A stretch of 64,000 nucleotides of DNA, taken from positions 131,959 through 195,958 of the forward strand of contig JAQGDQ010000347.1 in NCBI GenBank assembly GCA_030141605.1, in the 5' to 3' direction. Below, in pieces: positions 30,013-39,967 of this stretch. Numbering within the stretch: position 1 is the first letter of the stretch; every line of letters begins with the position of its first letter. Source of the stretch: Tubiluchus corallicola (Eukaryota; Animalia; Priapulida). The position numbers were made by a program, and so were the translations under genes. Below the pieces are notes generated by a model, which was not told where the DNA came from, did not search any database, and was given only the letters and a program-made list of their open reading frames with translations.

Positions 30013-30930
30013 CTATTTAGAAAATAAATCGCTCAAACTTAACGCCTCAACATCTTTAACAAACTCTTTGTAATCACTATTAGTCATGGGTTTAACAGGT
30101 GAACGAAACTGACCGCAATCGACGCCAACGTAACGCATAAATGCCTTTCCTGTACCAATACCTCCATATTTACCAAGGAGGCGAATCATATCTATAGATT
30201 GTTGTTGTAATTGTCGAGCTGATACAATATCCCCCTTTCTGTAACCTTCAATCAATTTAAGATAAAGAGGCATAGCATAGTTATAAGTACTTCCTACTCC
30301 ACCTTTCGCACCAACAGCCAGTGCCGCTAATAAGCTCTCATCGCGCCCCCACAACATATCATATTGCTGATCGGCAAAATGAATACAAGACAAATAATCC
30401 ATAAAATCCTCATGAGTGTACTTAACTCCTACAAAATTAGGCATCTTACCGTGCAAAGCTTTAAGTAATTCAATCATAGGAATATCAACGCCTGTTAATG
30501 AAGGAATATGATAAAAATAAACAGGCATATCAGGAACAGCTGCACCAATTTTCACAACAAACTCAGCCAATTGCTCTGCATTATTTGGCTTGAAATAAAA
30601 AGGTGCCATTATTGCAATTGCATCTAACCCTATTTCTCTTGAATGAAGTGCCAATTGTATACCCTGCACGTAAGAAGTCCCTCCAACTAGGTTTATTAGC
30701 TTCATCGGTTTTTTATCCTTCTTGGCCTCTACCACCCACAATGATGCGATTAATTTTCTCTCTTCTACAGATAAAGAGACTCCCTCACCAGTACTACCGT
30801 TAAGGAACGCTCCAACCACTCCATTGGTTTTTAAAAAATGATAGTATTGCTGAATAACTGCCTTATTGACTGTTCCATTCCTAGACATAGGTGTGAATGG
30901 TGCTGCAATTAATCCTTCTGTTTTCTTCAT
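30013..30930 (-). CDS. nanA: N-acetylneuraminate lyase (DapA family)
   Basis: GLIAAPFTP, NGSTGEG, FYHIPSLTG, GVKYT, GGVGSTYN. Confidence 0.92.
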   Translation of the reverse strand: MKKTEGLIAAPFTPMSRNGTVNKAVIQQYYHFLKTNGVVGAFLNGSTGEGVSLSVEERKLIASLWVVEAKKDKKPMKLINLVGGTSYVQGIQLALHSREIGLDAIAIMAPFYFKPNNAEQLAEFVVKIGAAVPDMPVYFYHIPSLTGVDIPMIELLKALHGKMPNFVGVKYTHEDFMDYLSCIHFADQQYDMLWGRDESLLAALAVGAKGGVGSTYNYAMPLYLKLIEGYRKGDIVSARQLQQQSIDMIRLLGKYGGIGTGKAFMRYVGVDCGQFRSPVKPMTNSDYKEFVKDVEALSLSDLFSK

Positions 30931-30959
30931 ATTCAAATATTACTAGTGCGAAATTCGCA

Positions 30960-31265
30960 TTATGAATTTAGTAAGTTGCCTTATATAGGGTTTCGCCCAA
31001 AGCACATGACCATATCCAGTTAAATTGTATACCTTCAATGACATAATCTATATTCATTAAGCTACCTTTTCTATTTTTTGAGACTGAAGCTCTTTCATTT
31101 CATCAAGTCAGTAAAAATACGCCATCAGTCACACCACCACTTGTGCCTCTATTTTTAATGTTTATCATTAAACAACTTACACCATTCACCTCCATCGGTG
31201 ATACTATTCCAAAAAACTATTCTGTCCTTAGTGTACTAGGTAGTTATTCAAACAAAGATTTCCGT
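30960..31265 (-). pseudogene. Degraded GDSL/SGNH esterase (probable sialate O-acetylesterase)
   Basis: Minus-strand remnants IVF-(G)NSITDGGEW…LFND, NIKNRGTSGGVTDGV and …LTGYGHVLW…KPYI, with stops and frameshifts. Confidence 0.75.
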
Positions 31266-31304
31266 TAATAATATCGGAAGTCAACTGGCAGTATAGAAAA
31301 TACT

Positions 31305-31608
31305 AATAAACTACTGTTTCAACCTCAGTCCAGCTTTTACCATTACCTGTACTTCGGCGTACAACTATGTTGATATCCTTGCCCCATTTAAGGTCACCAC
31401 AAAAGTGCACCCTCTTATACAATCGCTGCAATTAAACCTCCATTAGGAGCCGTTACTATTGCAGGAATAAAATAGCAAGAGACATTATCACTCATAGAGG
31501 TATTGAACAAACATTGGTCTTCAATAACCCACAGCAACTTACTCCCGGACTTGCCAACGACAAGTATAAGCCAAAAACAGCAGCCCTGTAAAATAATACA
31601 TTATTCAT
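31305..31608 (-). pseudogene. N-terminal remnant of a second GH33 sialidase
   Basis: Minus strand LFNTSMSDNVSCYFIPAIVTAPNGGLIAA…CGDLKWGKDINIVVRRSTGNGKSW (degenerate RIP motif plus Asp box). Confidence 0.8.
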
Positions 31609-31621
31609 AAAAGCATCTTTG

Positions 31622-33250
31622 TTATTTTATAATGTGGTTAATTGGAATGACTTGAAAGTATAACTCTCTAATCCCCTCGTATAAAATACCGATATTATCC
31701 TTATCAATCATGCTCAGACATGAATATCCATACCCCTTATTTTCATTAAGTTCCAGCTCATATGGCCAGGTCATTCCATCATCCATACTTGCTTTTATTG
31801 TCATATTTGTCCGCCCATGTTTACTATTTGGATTAGCAAATAAGAGGATATGTCTCTTTTCTCCACCTATTTCAACCTCAGTACTTATAAGACTAGCCAT
31901 ACAGTTGGGCTCCTGTAAAGCTGAATTAGAGGTCTCATGCCTCTCCCATGTCTGACCAAAATCCTTAGTTACCGCCACAGCCCGACCATTTGTTTCCGAC
32001 TTATCTTTCCGATTGCGGTCATCTCGCATATTAAGCATTAAACTTCCATCTGATAGAGTGATAACCTGTGCTTCCGTAGTATTATCTTTTGCTCCTGCTC
32101 CTATTTGCCAACTGACTCCTTGATCTTTACTATAAATTATAGTTGAGTGGCTGGTGTATGGTCCACCATCAAGTGCTTTCTCACCAATATCAGCCTTAAA
32201 CTGTGCAGGGAAAACCAAAGTTCCGTCCTCTAAAGTAATCCCCCTACCAGGTCCTTGTAGTAGTAGCTGCCATTCAGGCTCTTTAATCTGCTTAGTAATA
32301 TTTATCGGTTCTGACCATGTCAAGCCATCGTCAATACTTTTGGTAAGGACAAACTGCCCCGTTTGCCCAGGGTTGACTCCCGGTTTAGAATCCCACCAAG
32401 CCATCCTCTCTGGCGCAGACCCATTTAGCCACAAAGCTGCGACCCAAATTGTCTCTGTGTGATGATCATATAAAATACACGGGTCGCCAACACCATTTAG
32501 CTGTTGAGGTAATCCACCCCATTCTCCCATATCCATAATCACTTTCATAGGCTCCCAAGTCTGACCGCCATCAGTGCTTCGACTCATTCCTACGTCAATA
32601 TCCTCTTGTAAGTCCTTACTATTATTATAGCGATTATCGTACACAGCTATCAGTGTTCCTTCATTTGTTGTTATCAGGCCGGGAATACGATAAGTGTGGC
32701 AACTATCTTGGTTAGCTGCTCGTACTACTTTCCCAATTCGCCAAGTCAGGTAATCTTCAGAGCTCGAATAATTAACAACAGTCCCATTATTAAACTCACA
32801 ACTAATACCTTCAACTGATATTAGCGTCGCTATATCAATTGAACTCTTAACACTTAAAGAAAGCTCAAAGCGGTGTGCTCCTTTATCTAGCTTTTTTGAA
32901 CCACCCATTCTGCTTCTAGCACCGTTTATTATACACTCACCAAAAGGATTTTTAACCTCCTGTTGACCACTTTTACCTAAATATGAAGCTTCAAGCCTTA
33001 GAAGCCCTGCACTTATCTCTTCATCAGCCAATTGCACTGTAATTGCTGCCAGCTCCTTAGCTGAATCATTGATACTAATAACTAGGTGAAGAATTTCATT
33101 ACTCTTCTTTTCCACTAAAATGGGAACACTTAATGCATTAACAGCAAGTGACTCATCATTTATTAAAGAAGTGTTTTTATTTGATTTGACAGTACAAAAG
33201 CCATATATAAATAATAGAAGTACTAATGATAAAAAGCTAAACACACGCAT
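31622..33250 (-). CDS. nanH: Exo-alpha-sialidase GH33
   Basis: YRIP motif, five Asp boxes (STDGGQTW, SIDDGLTW, SKDQGVSW, TKDFGQTW, SMDDGMTW), GYSC…LYE. Confidence 0.95.
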   Translation of the reverse strand: MRVFSFLSLVLLLFIYGFCTVKSNKNTSLINDESLAVNALSVPILVEKKSNEILHLVISINDSAKELAAITVQLADEEISAGLLRLEASYLGKSGQQEVKNPFGECIINGARSRMGGSKKLDKGAHRFELSLSVKSSIDIATLISVEGISCEFNNGTVVNYSSSEDYLTWRIGKVVRAANQDSCHTYRIPGLITTNEGTLIAVYDNRYNNSKDLQEDIDVGMSRSTDGGQTWEPMKVIMDMGEWGGLPQQLNGVGDPCILYDHHTETIWVAALWLNGSAPERMAWWDSKPGVNPGQTGQFVLTKSIDDGLTWSEPINITKQIKEPEWQLLLQGPGRGITLEDGTLVFPAQFKADIGEKALDGGPYTSHSTIIYSKDQGVSWQIGAGAKDNTTEAQVITLSDGSLMLNMRDDRNRKDKSETNGRAVAVTKDFGQTWERHETSNSALQEPNCMASLISTEVEIGGEKRHILLFANPNSKHGRTNMTIKASMDDGMTWPYELELNENKGYGYSCLSMIDKDNIGILYEGIRELYFQVIPINHIIK

Positions 33251-33292
33251 ACTGTTAATTTATAATTTAAAAATATTAACCTCAACTTTATT

Positions 33293-34780
33293 TTAATTGT
33301 ATCCTTCAGTTTGCTCCAATTGGTCATCATTGGCAAGCATACTTTCCGATATAGAATAATAAATTTTATATGCTTCTAATTGATCCATCGAAGGAACCTG
33401 ATCGAAAACAAAAGTCTCGCCTGCTCTTACAAGGTCCCACCAACGTTTTCCTTCACCAATAAACTCTTTATAGCGTTCATCCAAAATAGTCTGAGCATTT
33501 TCTGCCTTTGAAGCGTTGACATACTCATGACCGCTAAAGCTATCTCCATAAGCCCGCTCTCTAACTAAATTAATCTCAGCGGAAGGATCTTCATTTAAAT
33601 TGTTCTTAGCCTCTGCAAGCAATAATAATACGTCTGCGTATCGATAAAGAGGTACATTATTATAGTTAAAGCGTGAACCATCATCTCCTATTACACCAAG
33701 GAATTTAACAAGTATGGCTGCCTGATAATTAGGATTATCAGCCACAAACGGAATATGGTTTGCTCCATCATTGTACATCTTAACAAAGGTTGCTCTTCGC
33801 TGATCATCCAAATCCTCCAATAAAAGGTTTGTTTTGTCTGATGGACCAAATCGACTCGCTCCATTAACTACAAAATCAACCAAAGGTGCTCCTGTTTCAT
33901 CATATAAACCAGCCACATCAACCATTCTCCCGGTAAAATTTCCATAATAATTACTTGCTTGATCTTGCTGATAATCGAAAGCAAAAATGAACTCATTATT
34001 AAATTCATTCTCTTGCCCCCACAATAACGAAAAGTCAACTAGTCCATGATCTGTGACTTGAGTTAATGCTACCTTTGCTTCAGTAAAATCTGCACTACCT
34101 CCACCAAGAACTTTCCCTGACCAAATATACACGTCGCCTTTTAGTACTAAAGTAGCTGCTTTAGACCAAAAAACGTTTGTTCCATTCCACTTACTATTGT
34201 CATCGCCAAAATATTCTAGCGACATTGCCAGATCATCTTTAACTTGAACCATTACGTCAGATTTTGGTGAACGGGGCTTTTTTAACTTTTCTAAATCAAC
34301 CTCTAACAATGGCTCTGTTGTAAGTGGCACATCACCCCAAGCCTTTAGCATCGTATAATATATTTGAGCCCTAACACCATATACCTGACCAAGCAAGTGG
34401 CTAAGAACAGCCTCATCTCTAAAAGGTGCCTTTGAAGCGTTCGCTATAAAATCATTGACATAATGCATTAAGCCATAAAAGTTGGCCCAGTTATTAAAAT
34501 AGACTAACGTGGTGCTAATATTATTATCTATTAACCCTTGCCCGAGCGGAGATTCTATAGTTTTTCCTCCCCATACATCGGAGCGTAACTCTCCCATTTG
34601 CCAAAGTGTATAAGCGTAATCTCTGTACTTAGAGAATATCCCCACATGGGCAGCTCTAGCTGCCTCTTCTGTGTCCCAAAAACCATTATAGGTTAGTTCA
34701 CTTTCGGGATGCATACCCAGCTCACATGAATCAAGTAAGCCAACAGCCATAAACAATATGATATATTTTAATTTCTTCAT
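33293..34780 (-). CDS. SusD-family lipoprotein (NanU-like)
   Basis: Lipobox LDSC; YRYADVLLLLAEAKN, ERYKEFIGEGKRWWDL. Confidence 0.92.
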   Translation of the reverse strand: MKKLKYIILFMAVGLLDSCELGMHPESELTYNGFWDTEEAARAAHVGIFSKYRDYAYTLWQMGELRSDVWGGKTIESPLGQGLIDNNISTTLVYFNNWANFYGLMHYVNDFIANASKAPFRDEAVLSHLLGQVYGVRAQIYYTMLKAWGDVPLTTEPLLEVDLEKLKKPRSPKSDVMVQVKDDLAMSLEYFGDDNSKWNGTNVFWSKAATLVLKGDVYIWSGKVLGGGSADFTEAKVALTQVTDHGLVDFSLLWGQENEFNNEFIFAFDYQQDQASNYYGNFTGRMVDVAGLYDETGAPLVDFVVNGASRFGPSDKTNLLLEDLDDQRRATFVKMYNDGANHIPFVADNPNYQAAILVKFLGVIGDDGSRFNYNNVPLYRYADVLLLLAEAKNNLNEDPSAEINLVRERAYGDSFSGHEYVNASKAENAQTILDERYKEFIGEGKRWWDLVRAGETFVFDQVPSMDQLEAYKIYYSISESMLANDDQLEQTEGYN

Positions 34781-34797
34781 TTCTAATATATTAAAAA

Positions 34798-37700
34798 TTA
34801 AAAACTAATATTTAAACCCAAAGTATATGTACGTGGTAATGGGAAACGACCTGTATCTTTACCGTCACCAGCAACTTCAGGAGAGCTGCCGGAAAACTCA
34901 TTAAAATAAGCTAAATTAGCGCCTGTTAAGTACACACGAGCACTCTGAAAGATATTATTAGCAAGCGCACCATCTAGGTTATAACTCAATGTTACTTCGC
35001 GCAATGCAAAATAGTCGCCCTTTTCCCACATTCTAGAGCTACTACTGTCAATTGAACCTTGATCACCACCTGCGGCCAAGTGGTTTCTTTGACGGTCAAC
35101 TAGAGTGAAAATAGGAATATTTGAAGTTGGATTTTCAGATGTCCATGAATCACGAATCTCAATTGGCCCATTTTGGTTACCCTGTGTCTGGGAAATACCC
35201 TTAACACGTCGTCCATTAATAATATAATGACCAACTGCAAAATCAGTCTTAGCAAATAGATTAAAGTTCTTGTAACTTAAATCAGAAGTTAATCCACCTA
35301 CAAAATCAGGGGTTGTACGGCCAATCACCTCGCGATCCAAGTGATTTATAACATTGTCTCCACTTAAATCTTTCCAACGTGTATCACCTAAAAAGCGCGT
35401 ATCTTTGCGGTGAGCAAACTCCACCGTTCTGCTTGCATGCTCATCAATATCATCTTGCGTTTGATATACCCCATCAAATACATAAGCCACAATAACATCA
35501 TAACCAACACGCTGGCCTTCCTGCAACCCTCCCACATATTTACTTTCACCAGTTGAAGGATCATAAATTTCTGTTCCTCCCTGACGGTTATTCTCTACGC
35601 CATTAGAAGGAAGTGACTTGGCATAATTTCTAACTGAATAGTAAGTTAGTCCCATGCTCCAGTTCCAATCACTGTTTTTGACAATGTCGGCATTTAATTG
35701 CAACTCCAACCCTTTGTTTTGAAGCGTGCCATTGTTTGTTGTTATGGATGAAAAGCCTGTCCATAAAGGCAAAGTAAGGCCTGCAAGCTTGTCCTTAACA
35801 TCTCTGATAAAATAGTCGGCCAACAACGTTACTCTATTATTAAAAAAACCAACATCTAACCCCATATTAAACGTTGTTGAACGCTCCCATTTTAAGTCAA
35901 GTAATGGTAATCTGTTATTAACATATCCCACCTGAGTATTATAAACACTCGTAGTTGCATAAGTCCCAAATACACCAAAGTTGGATAACACTTCGATGTT
36001 GCCATTAACACCATAACTAAATCGAGGCTTCAGAGTACTAACAATTGACTTCACTTTTGAATCTTTGTAGAACTCCTCGTTATGCACATTCCATCCCAAT
36101 GATACACCTGGAAAGAAGTCGTATCTATTATTACCTAAACGGCTTGTTCCATCATGTCGAAAGGTAAGTCCAAGCAGATATTTATAGCCATAACCATAAT
36201 TTACCTGCCCAAAAGCAGAAGCAATTTCATAACCAGTCCTAAAAGAATATGGAATACCTGATGCCTCAGAGCCAACATTCATAGTGTAAATTAAATCAGT
36301 TGGCGAAAGGCGGGTCGCCGCGTTGAATTCAAATCCATTCTCCTTAAAATATTCGAAGCCAACCAAGGCATCTATGCCATGTACATCATTTATACGCTTT
36401 CTATAATTAACCATTGATGTTATCTGATTACGCAACAATCTATTATGTGAAACCGCAGCCTTCCTATCGGTATTTAATCTACCAGAACTTAAGTAGGCTT
36501 TGTTGAACGACTCATTAGAGTTGTTGATTGTAAAATGACTTCCCCTGACTGTTAAAGTAAAATCATTAAGAAATTTATAATCCATCTGAACAGAAGCAGT
36601 CAAACGCTGCTCCAGATTTGACCGAACAAACTTATCCTGATAATATAACGGATTACCAAACCCAAGGTAGGTACCTGGCTGATATTCATTAGACAGGCTT
36701 CCGTCTGGATTATTATTATAGATACGGGAAGTAGGAGCTAACCCCGCAGTTCTTTGGAATAAATTATACTCACTATCATATGGCAAACTTTGATTCGAAT
36801 GCGCATAAATAATATTTGAAGACACCTTGAAAATGTCTGAAATATTATATGACGCATTAAAAGTGCCAGAGTAACGTTTAAAAGCTGAACCAAAAACCAA
36901 TCCTTTATCATCCAGCACTCCTAAGCCAAGATAATAAGTACCTTTATCGTTTCCACCATCAAATGACAGACTATAATCTTGTCCATAACTTTCCTGATAA
37001 AACAACTCGTTCATTTTGTTCTCTTGAAAAATAAGAGTACTGCCTGGATCAATTGGATCTTCCATCGTTTGCCAACCTTCATAGCCTAATAGATACTTGT
37101 TGTCATCTGTTAAGTACATGGTTGTATAAATAGAATTTATTGGGTTATTGCCTATTGCAGCAGCGTGTCCACCCGTTAAAAACTGATCGAGCCATGCATA
37201 ACCCATGACATTCTGTGCGGCTCTTACTCCTAACCGATTAAACTTCACATAATCCGCAGCACCTAGGTATTCCATAGGATCCTTTCTGCGCTTGTTGGCT
37301 GTAAACTTCGACCGGAAAGTCACATTTGACTTTCCCTTTTTCCCCTTCTTAGTCGTAACTAAAATTACTCCGTTAGCAGCCCTTGCTCCATAAACGGCTG
37401 TTGAAGCAGCATCTTTAAGCACTTCCATTGACTCAATATCATCTGAGTTAAGTGCATAAAATGAGCTTGGAACTCCATCAATTAATATCAATGGTGTTCC
37501 CTTTCCGTCAAAACTAGTTCCTCCACGCAACACCATGCTTGGTGTCGAACCTGGCTGCCCTGTTGTCTGAGTAACCTGCATACCTGCAATTGTACCTTGC
37601 AATGCTGTTGCTGCATTAGAACGAGACGCACTTTCCAGAACCTTTGTGTCCAACTTTGCAATAGAGGTAGTCATTTCAGCTCGTGATTGTGTTGTATACC

Positions 37701-38034
37701 CCGTAACAACAACTTCATCCAGCCTTTTTAACTCTTCAGCTAAGACAATGTTAATTGCTCGTTGCTCACCAACAGCCACAACTTGTTTCTCGAAACCAAT
37801 AAATGAAAACACCAATGACTCACCTGGCCTTGCGTTAATCTGGTAAGAGCCATCAGATCCAGTAATGACACCAACTGTTGTATCTTCAATATATACTGAA
37901 ACTCCTGGTAATAGCTCCCCTCCAAGCCCCTTTACAACTCCTGTGATAAGGCTTTGTGCTAGTGCACCACCCCCAGTTAGCCAAGAAAGCAGAAAGACTA
38001 AACCGATTCTTCTTTTAATAGATTTTTTTTTCAT
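34798..38034 (-). CDS. SusC-family TonB-dependent transporter (NanO-like)
   Basis: LDEVVVTGY, DIESMEVLKDAASTAVYGARAANGVILVTTK, C-terminal Phe. Confidence 0.95.
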   Translation of the reverse strand: MKKKSIKRRIGLVFLLSWLTGGGALAQSLITGVVKGLGGELLPGVSVYIEDTTVGVITGSDGSYQINARPGESLVFSFIGFEKQVVAVGEQRAINIVLAEELKRLDEVVVTGYTTQSRAEMTTSIAKLDTKVLESASRSNAATALQGTIAGMQVTQTTGQPGSTPSMVLRGGTSFDGKGTPLILIDGVPSSFYALNSDDIESMEVLKDAASTAVYGARAANGVILVTTKKGKKGKSNVTFRSKFTANKRRKDPMEYLGAADYVKFNRLGVRAAQNVMGYAWLDQFLTGGHAAAIGNNPINSIYTTMYLTDDNKYLLGYEGWQTMEDPIDPGSTLIFQENKMNELFYQESYGQDYSLSFDGGNDKGTYYLGLGVLDDKGLVFGSAFKRYSGTFNASYNISDIFKVSSNIIYAHSNQSLPYDSEYNLFQRTAGLAPTSRIYNNNPDGSLSNEYQPGTYLGFGNPLYYQDKFVRSNLEQRLTASVQMDYKFLNDFTLTVRGSHFTINNSNESFNKAYLSSGRLNTDRKAAVSHNRLLRNQITSMVNYRKRINDVHGIDALVGFEYFKENGFEFNAATRLSPTDLIYTMNVGSEASGIPYSFRTGYEIASAFGQVNYGYGYKYLLGLTFRHDGTSRLGNNRYDFFPGVSLGWNVHNEEFYKDSKVKSIVSTLKPRFSYGVNGNIEVLSNFGVFGTYATTSVYNTQVGYVNNRLPLLDLKWERSTTFNMGLDVGFFNNRVTLLADYFIRDVKDKLAGLTLPLWTGFSSITTNNGTLQNKGLELQLNADIVKNSDWNWSMGLTYYSVRNYAKSLPSNGVENNRQGGTEIYDPSTGESKYVGGLQEGQRVGYDVIVAYVFDGVYQTQDDIDEHASRTVEFAHRKDTRFLGDTRWKDLSGDNVINHLDREVIGRTTPDFVGGLTSDLSYKNFNLFAKTDFAVGHYIINGRRVKGISQTQGNQNGPIEIRDSWTSENPTSNIPIFTLVDRQRNHLAAGGDQGSIDSSSSRMWEKGDYFALREVTLSYNLDGALANNIFQSARVYLTGANLAYFNEFSGSSPEVAGDGKDTGRFPLPRTYTLGLNISF

Positions 38035-38053
38035 AAAGTTGAAATTTTACGTT

Positions 38054-38068
38054 TTATGTCATACATAA
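38054..38068. promoter_or_regulatory. Candidate GntR/FadR operator
   Basis: Perfect TTATGT-cat-ACATAA palindrome in the divergent susC/gntR intergenic region. Confidence 0.6.
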
Positions 38069-38134
38069 GACATTGTAAAAATAAACATAAAATTTTTTTA
38101 TACAAAAGTTTTTAACACTTTTGTATTAATCACA

Positions 38135-38881
38135 GTGAGAATTATCAGCATGCAAAAAACAGAGAAATCAAATAAGTTCAATCTCGAATCTATTGACTCC
38201 AGTAGCCTAGTTGATAAAGTCGAATCTAAACTAATAGACCTATTAATTTTCCATAAGTTAGGTCCTGGAGATGTCATCCCTAAGGAAATGGAACTTTCTG
38301 AAATGCTAGGAGTATCAAGAACTGTTATTAGGGAAGCTCTTAATAGATTAAAAACAATCGGGCTAATTGAATCAACTAAAAGAAAAGGTTCAACAATAAA
38401 AAGCCCAAACCTGCTCCAATCACTCCGCAAGAGCCTAATTCCCAACATACTCGATCAAACCACTCTCAAAGACACTTTTGAATTACGGCTGGTCATAGAA
38501 ATTGGCATGAGTGATTTGATTTTCAAAAAAGCAGCAGCTGAAGATATATTAGAACTTGAACAAATTGTTGCCTTAGAGCCAGGTTCAACAAAGGAGGTGT
38601 TGTTTGACATTGAGCATGAGGTAAAATTTCATGGGAAATTGTACCAAATTTCTGGGAATAATACATTAATGGATTTCCAATCTATCTTACTACCTGCTTT
38701 CAGGTTTGTTTATGATTCAGGTATGATAAAAAGCCCGGAGCATGGATCAAAATGGATATCTCATAAAGATTTGGTTCAAACACTCAAAAATGGTAATCCC
38801 ACTAAGTTTAGAAATGCTATGCGCAAACACTTAGATAGGCACTTTAAAGGCTATTTCAAGAACCTTGAGGAGCCCAGATGA
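38135..38881 (+). CDS. GntR/FadR family regulator of the sialic acid locus
   Basis: LGPGDVIPKEMELSEMLGVSRTVIREAL wHTH plus FCD domain; likely ATG at 38150. Confidence 0.9.
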   Translation: MRIISMQKTEKSNKFNLESIDSSSLVDKVESKLIDLLIFHKLGPGDVIPKEMELSEMLGVSRTVIREALNRLKTIGLIESTKRKGSTIKSPNLLQSLRKSLIPNILDQTTLKDTFELRLVIEIGMSDLIFKKAAAEDILELEQIVALEPGSTKEVLFDIEHEVKFHGKLYQISGNNTLMDFQSILLPAFRFVYDSGMIKSPEHGSKWISHKDLVQTLKNGNPTKFRNAMRKHLDRHFKGYFKNLEEPR

Positions 38882-39045
38882 GAATTACATTACCGAAACT
38901 TCCTCAATCTGAATCAAAGCCTTTCCCCTTAAACAGGTTCTGATATAGTTTTATATTACTTTGGCATAGCATTTATACTAGCTACATTCCAGATACAATA
39001 CTTCACCCCATCATCTGTAGCACATTACACCGGCAGTGGTATTTT

Positions 39046-39774
39046 CTAACACCTTGCAGCTTTCTTCTTCTTACCAACCTTCCCTTTATCTATAACCTTT
39101 TTAAGGTACTCTTCTGCGAGGGGCACTTTACAAGAGGTTTTACCCATCTCTACATTCACTTTCCCAATCAAGCCGGCTATCTCTTTTGATTTTTCAGTCA
39201 GCTCTTTTATGTATGTACCCACAGTAATTACAAATCCGTTCATCGTATATCTGACCCTGTTTGGAGCATTATGAATTTCGTCCCCAATCACATCAAGTAG
39301 TTTACTATAAGTTTTAATATCCAAGTCATCATCTTCATTTACACTGGCAAAATAGGCCAGCGTTGCCCAGCCTGCCGAAGCAACTCCTTCTTTGTCCGAC
39401 TTTATCCATTTTTGGCCAAGCAGAAAACCGTATTCAGTTTCTGCGGCAACCTGAGGGACTATAAATTCACTTAAGTAGTACCAATACGCTTTATCTACCC
39501 ATTCCTCAAGCTGTTTCATTGATATCTTTTTTTCATCAGCCATTAACCCGGCTAAATACATGGCATCTGTATTGCCTGTTTTATATAGTTCTAAAGAGAG
39601 TTCATGGTTTTTCTTTGTTCTCCTGAGTATCTTTTTGAGGTCGCCTACTTTTACTCCATAAAATGGCTCTCTCGCTCCATGCTTCAGGAGAGTCTGTTTA
39701 GTGTTCTTATCTCCATACTCTTCAAGCTGTTTAAGAATTTCTGTTACTGTCATAGCTGATATTTTTGCCACCAT
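39046..39774 (-). CDS. DNA alkylation repair (AlkD-like HEAT repeat) protein
   Basis: HGAREPFYGVKVGDLK, GNTDAMYLAGL, PNRVRYTMN, VEMGKTSCKVP; likely ATG at 39753. Confidence 0.8.
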   Translation of the reverse strand: MVAKISAMTVTEILKQLEEYGDKNTKQTLLKHGAREPFYGVKVGDLKKILRRTKKNHELSLELYKTGNTDAMYLAGLMADEKKISMKQLEEWVDKAYWYYLSEFIVPQVAAETEYGFLLGQKWIKSDKEGVASAGWATLAYFASVNEDDDLDIKTYSKLLDVIGDEIHNAPNRVRYTMNGFVITVGTYIKELTEKSKEIAGLIGKVNVEMGKTSCKVPLAEEYLKKVIDKGKVGKKKKAARC

Positions 39775-39967
39775 TAAATATGAGTTTTAAAGTTAAAGCA
39801 TTTATTGCACATTGCAACTGTAACATTGGGAGGAAATACAAAATAGTCGCCCGAGTTTATACCAGGCAGTTCAATGCTCCAGCGCTCAATAACTTTACTT
39901 AAAAGAAAGACCAGTATTTAATACTGATATCGAAATATCAGTTCTTCTCATAGCTTCCTTTATCTTA

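Noticed and set aside
30947-30980. dif-like sequence (AATTCGCATTATG…); a similar CTATGTTAAGT lies near 52665
   Set aside because: Each matches only one Xer arm; neither gives a full 28-bp site.
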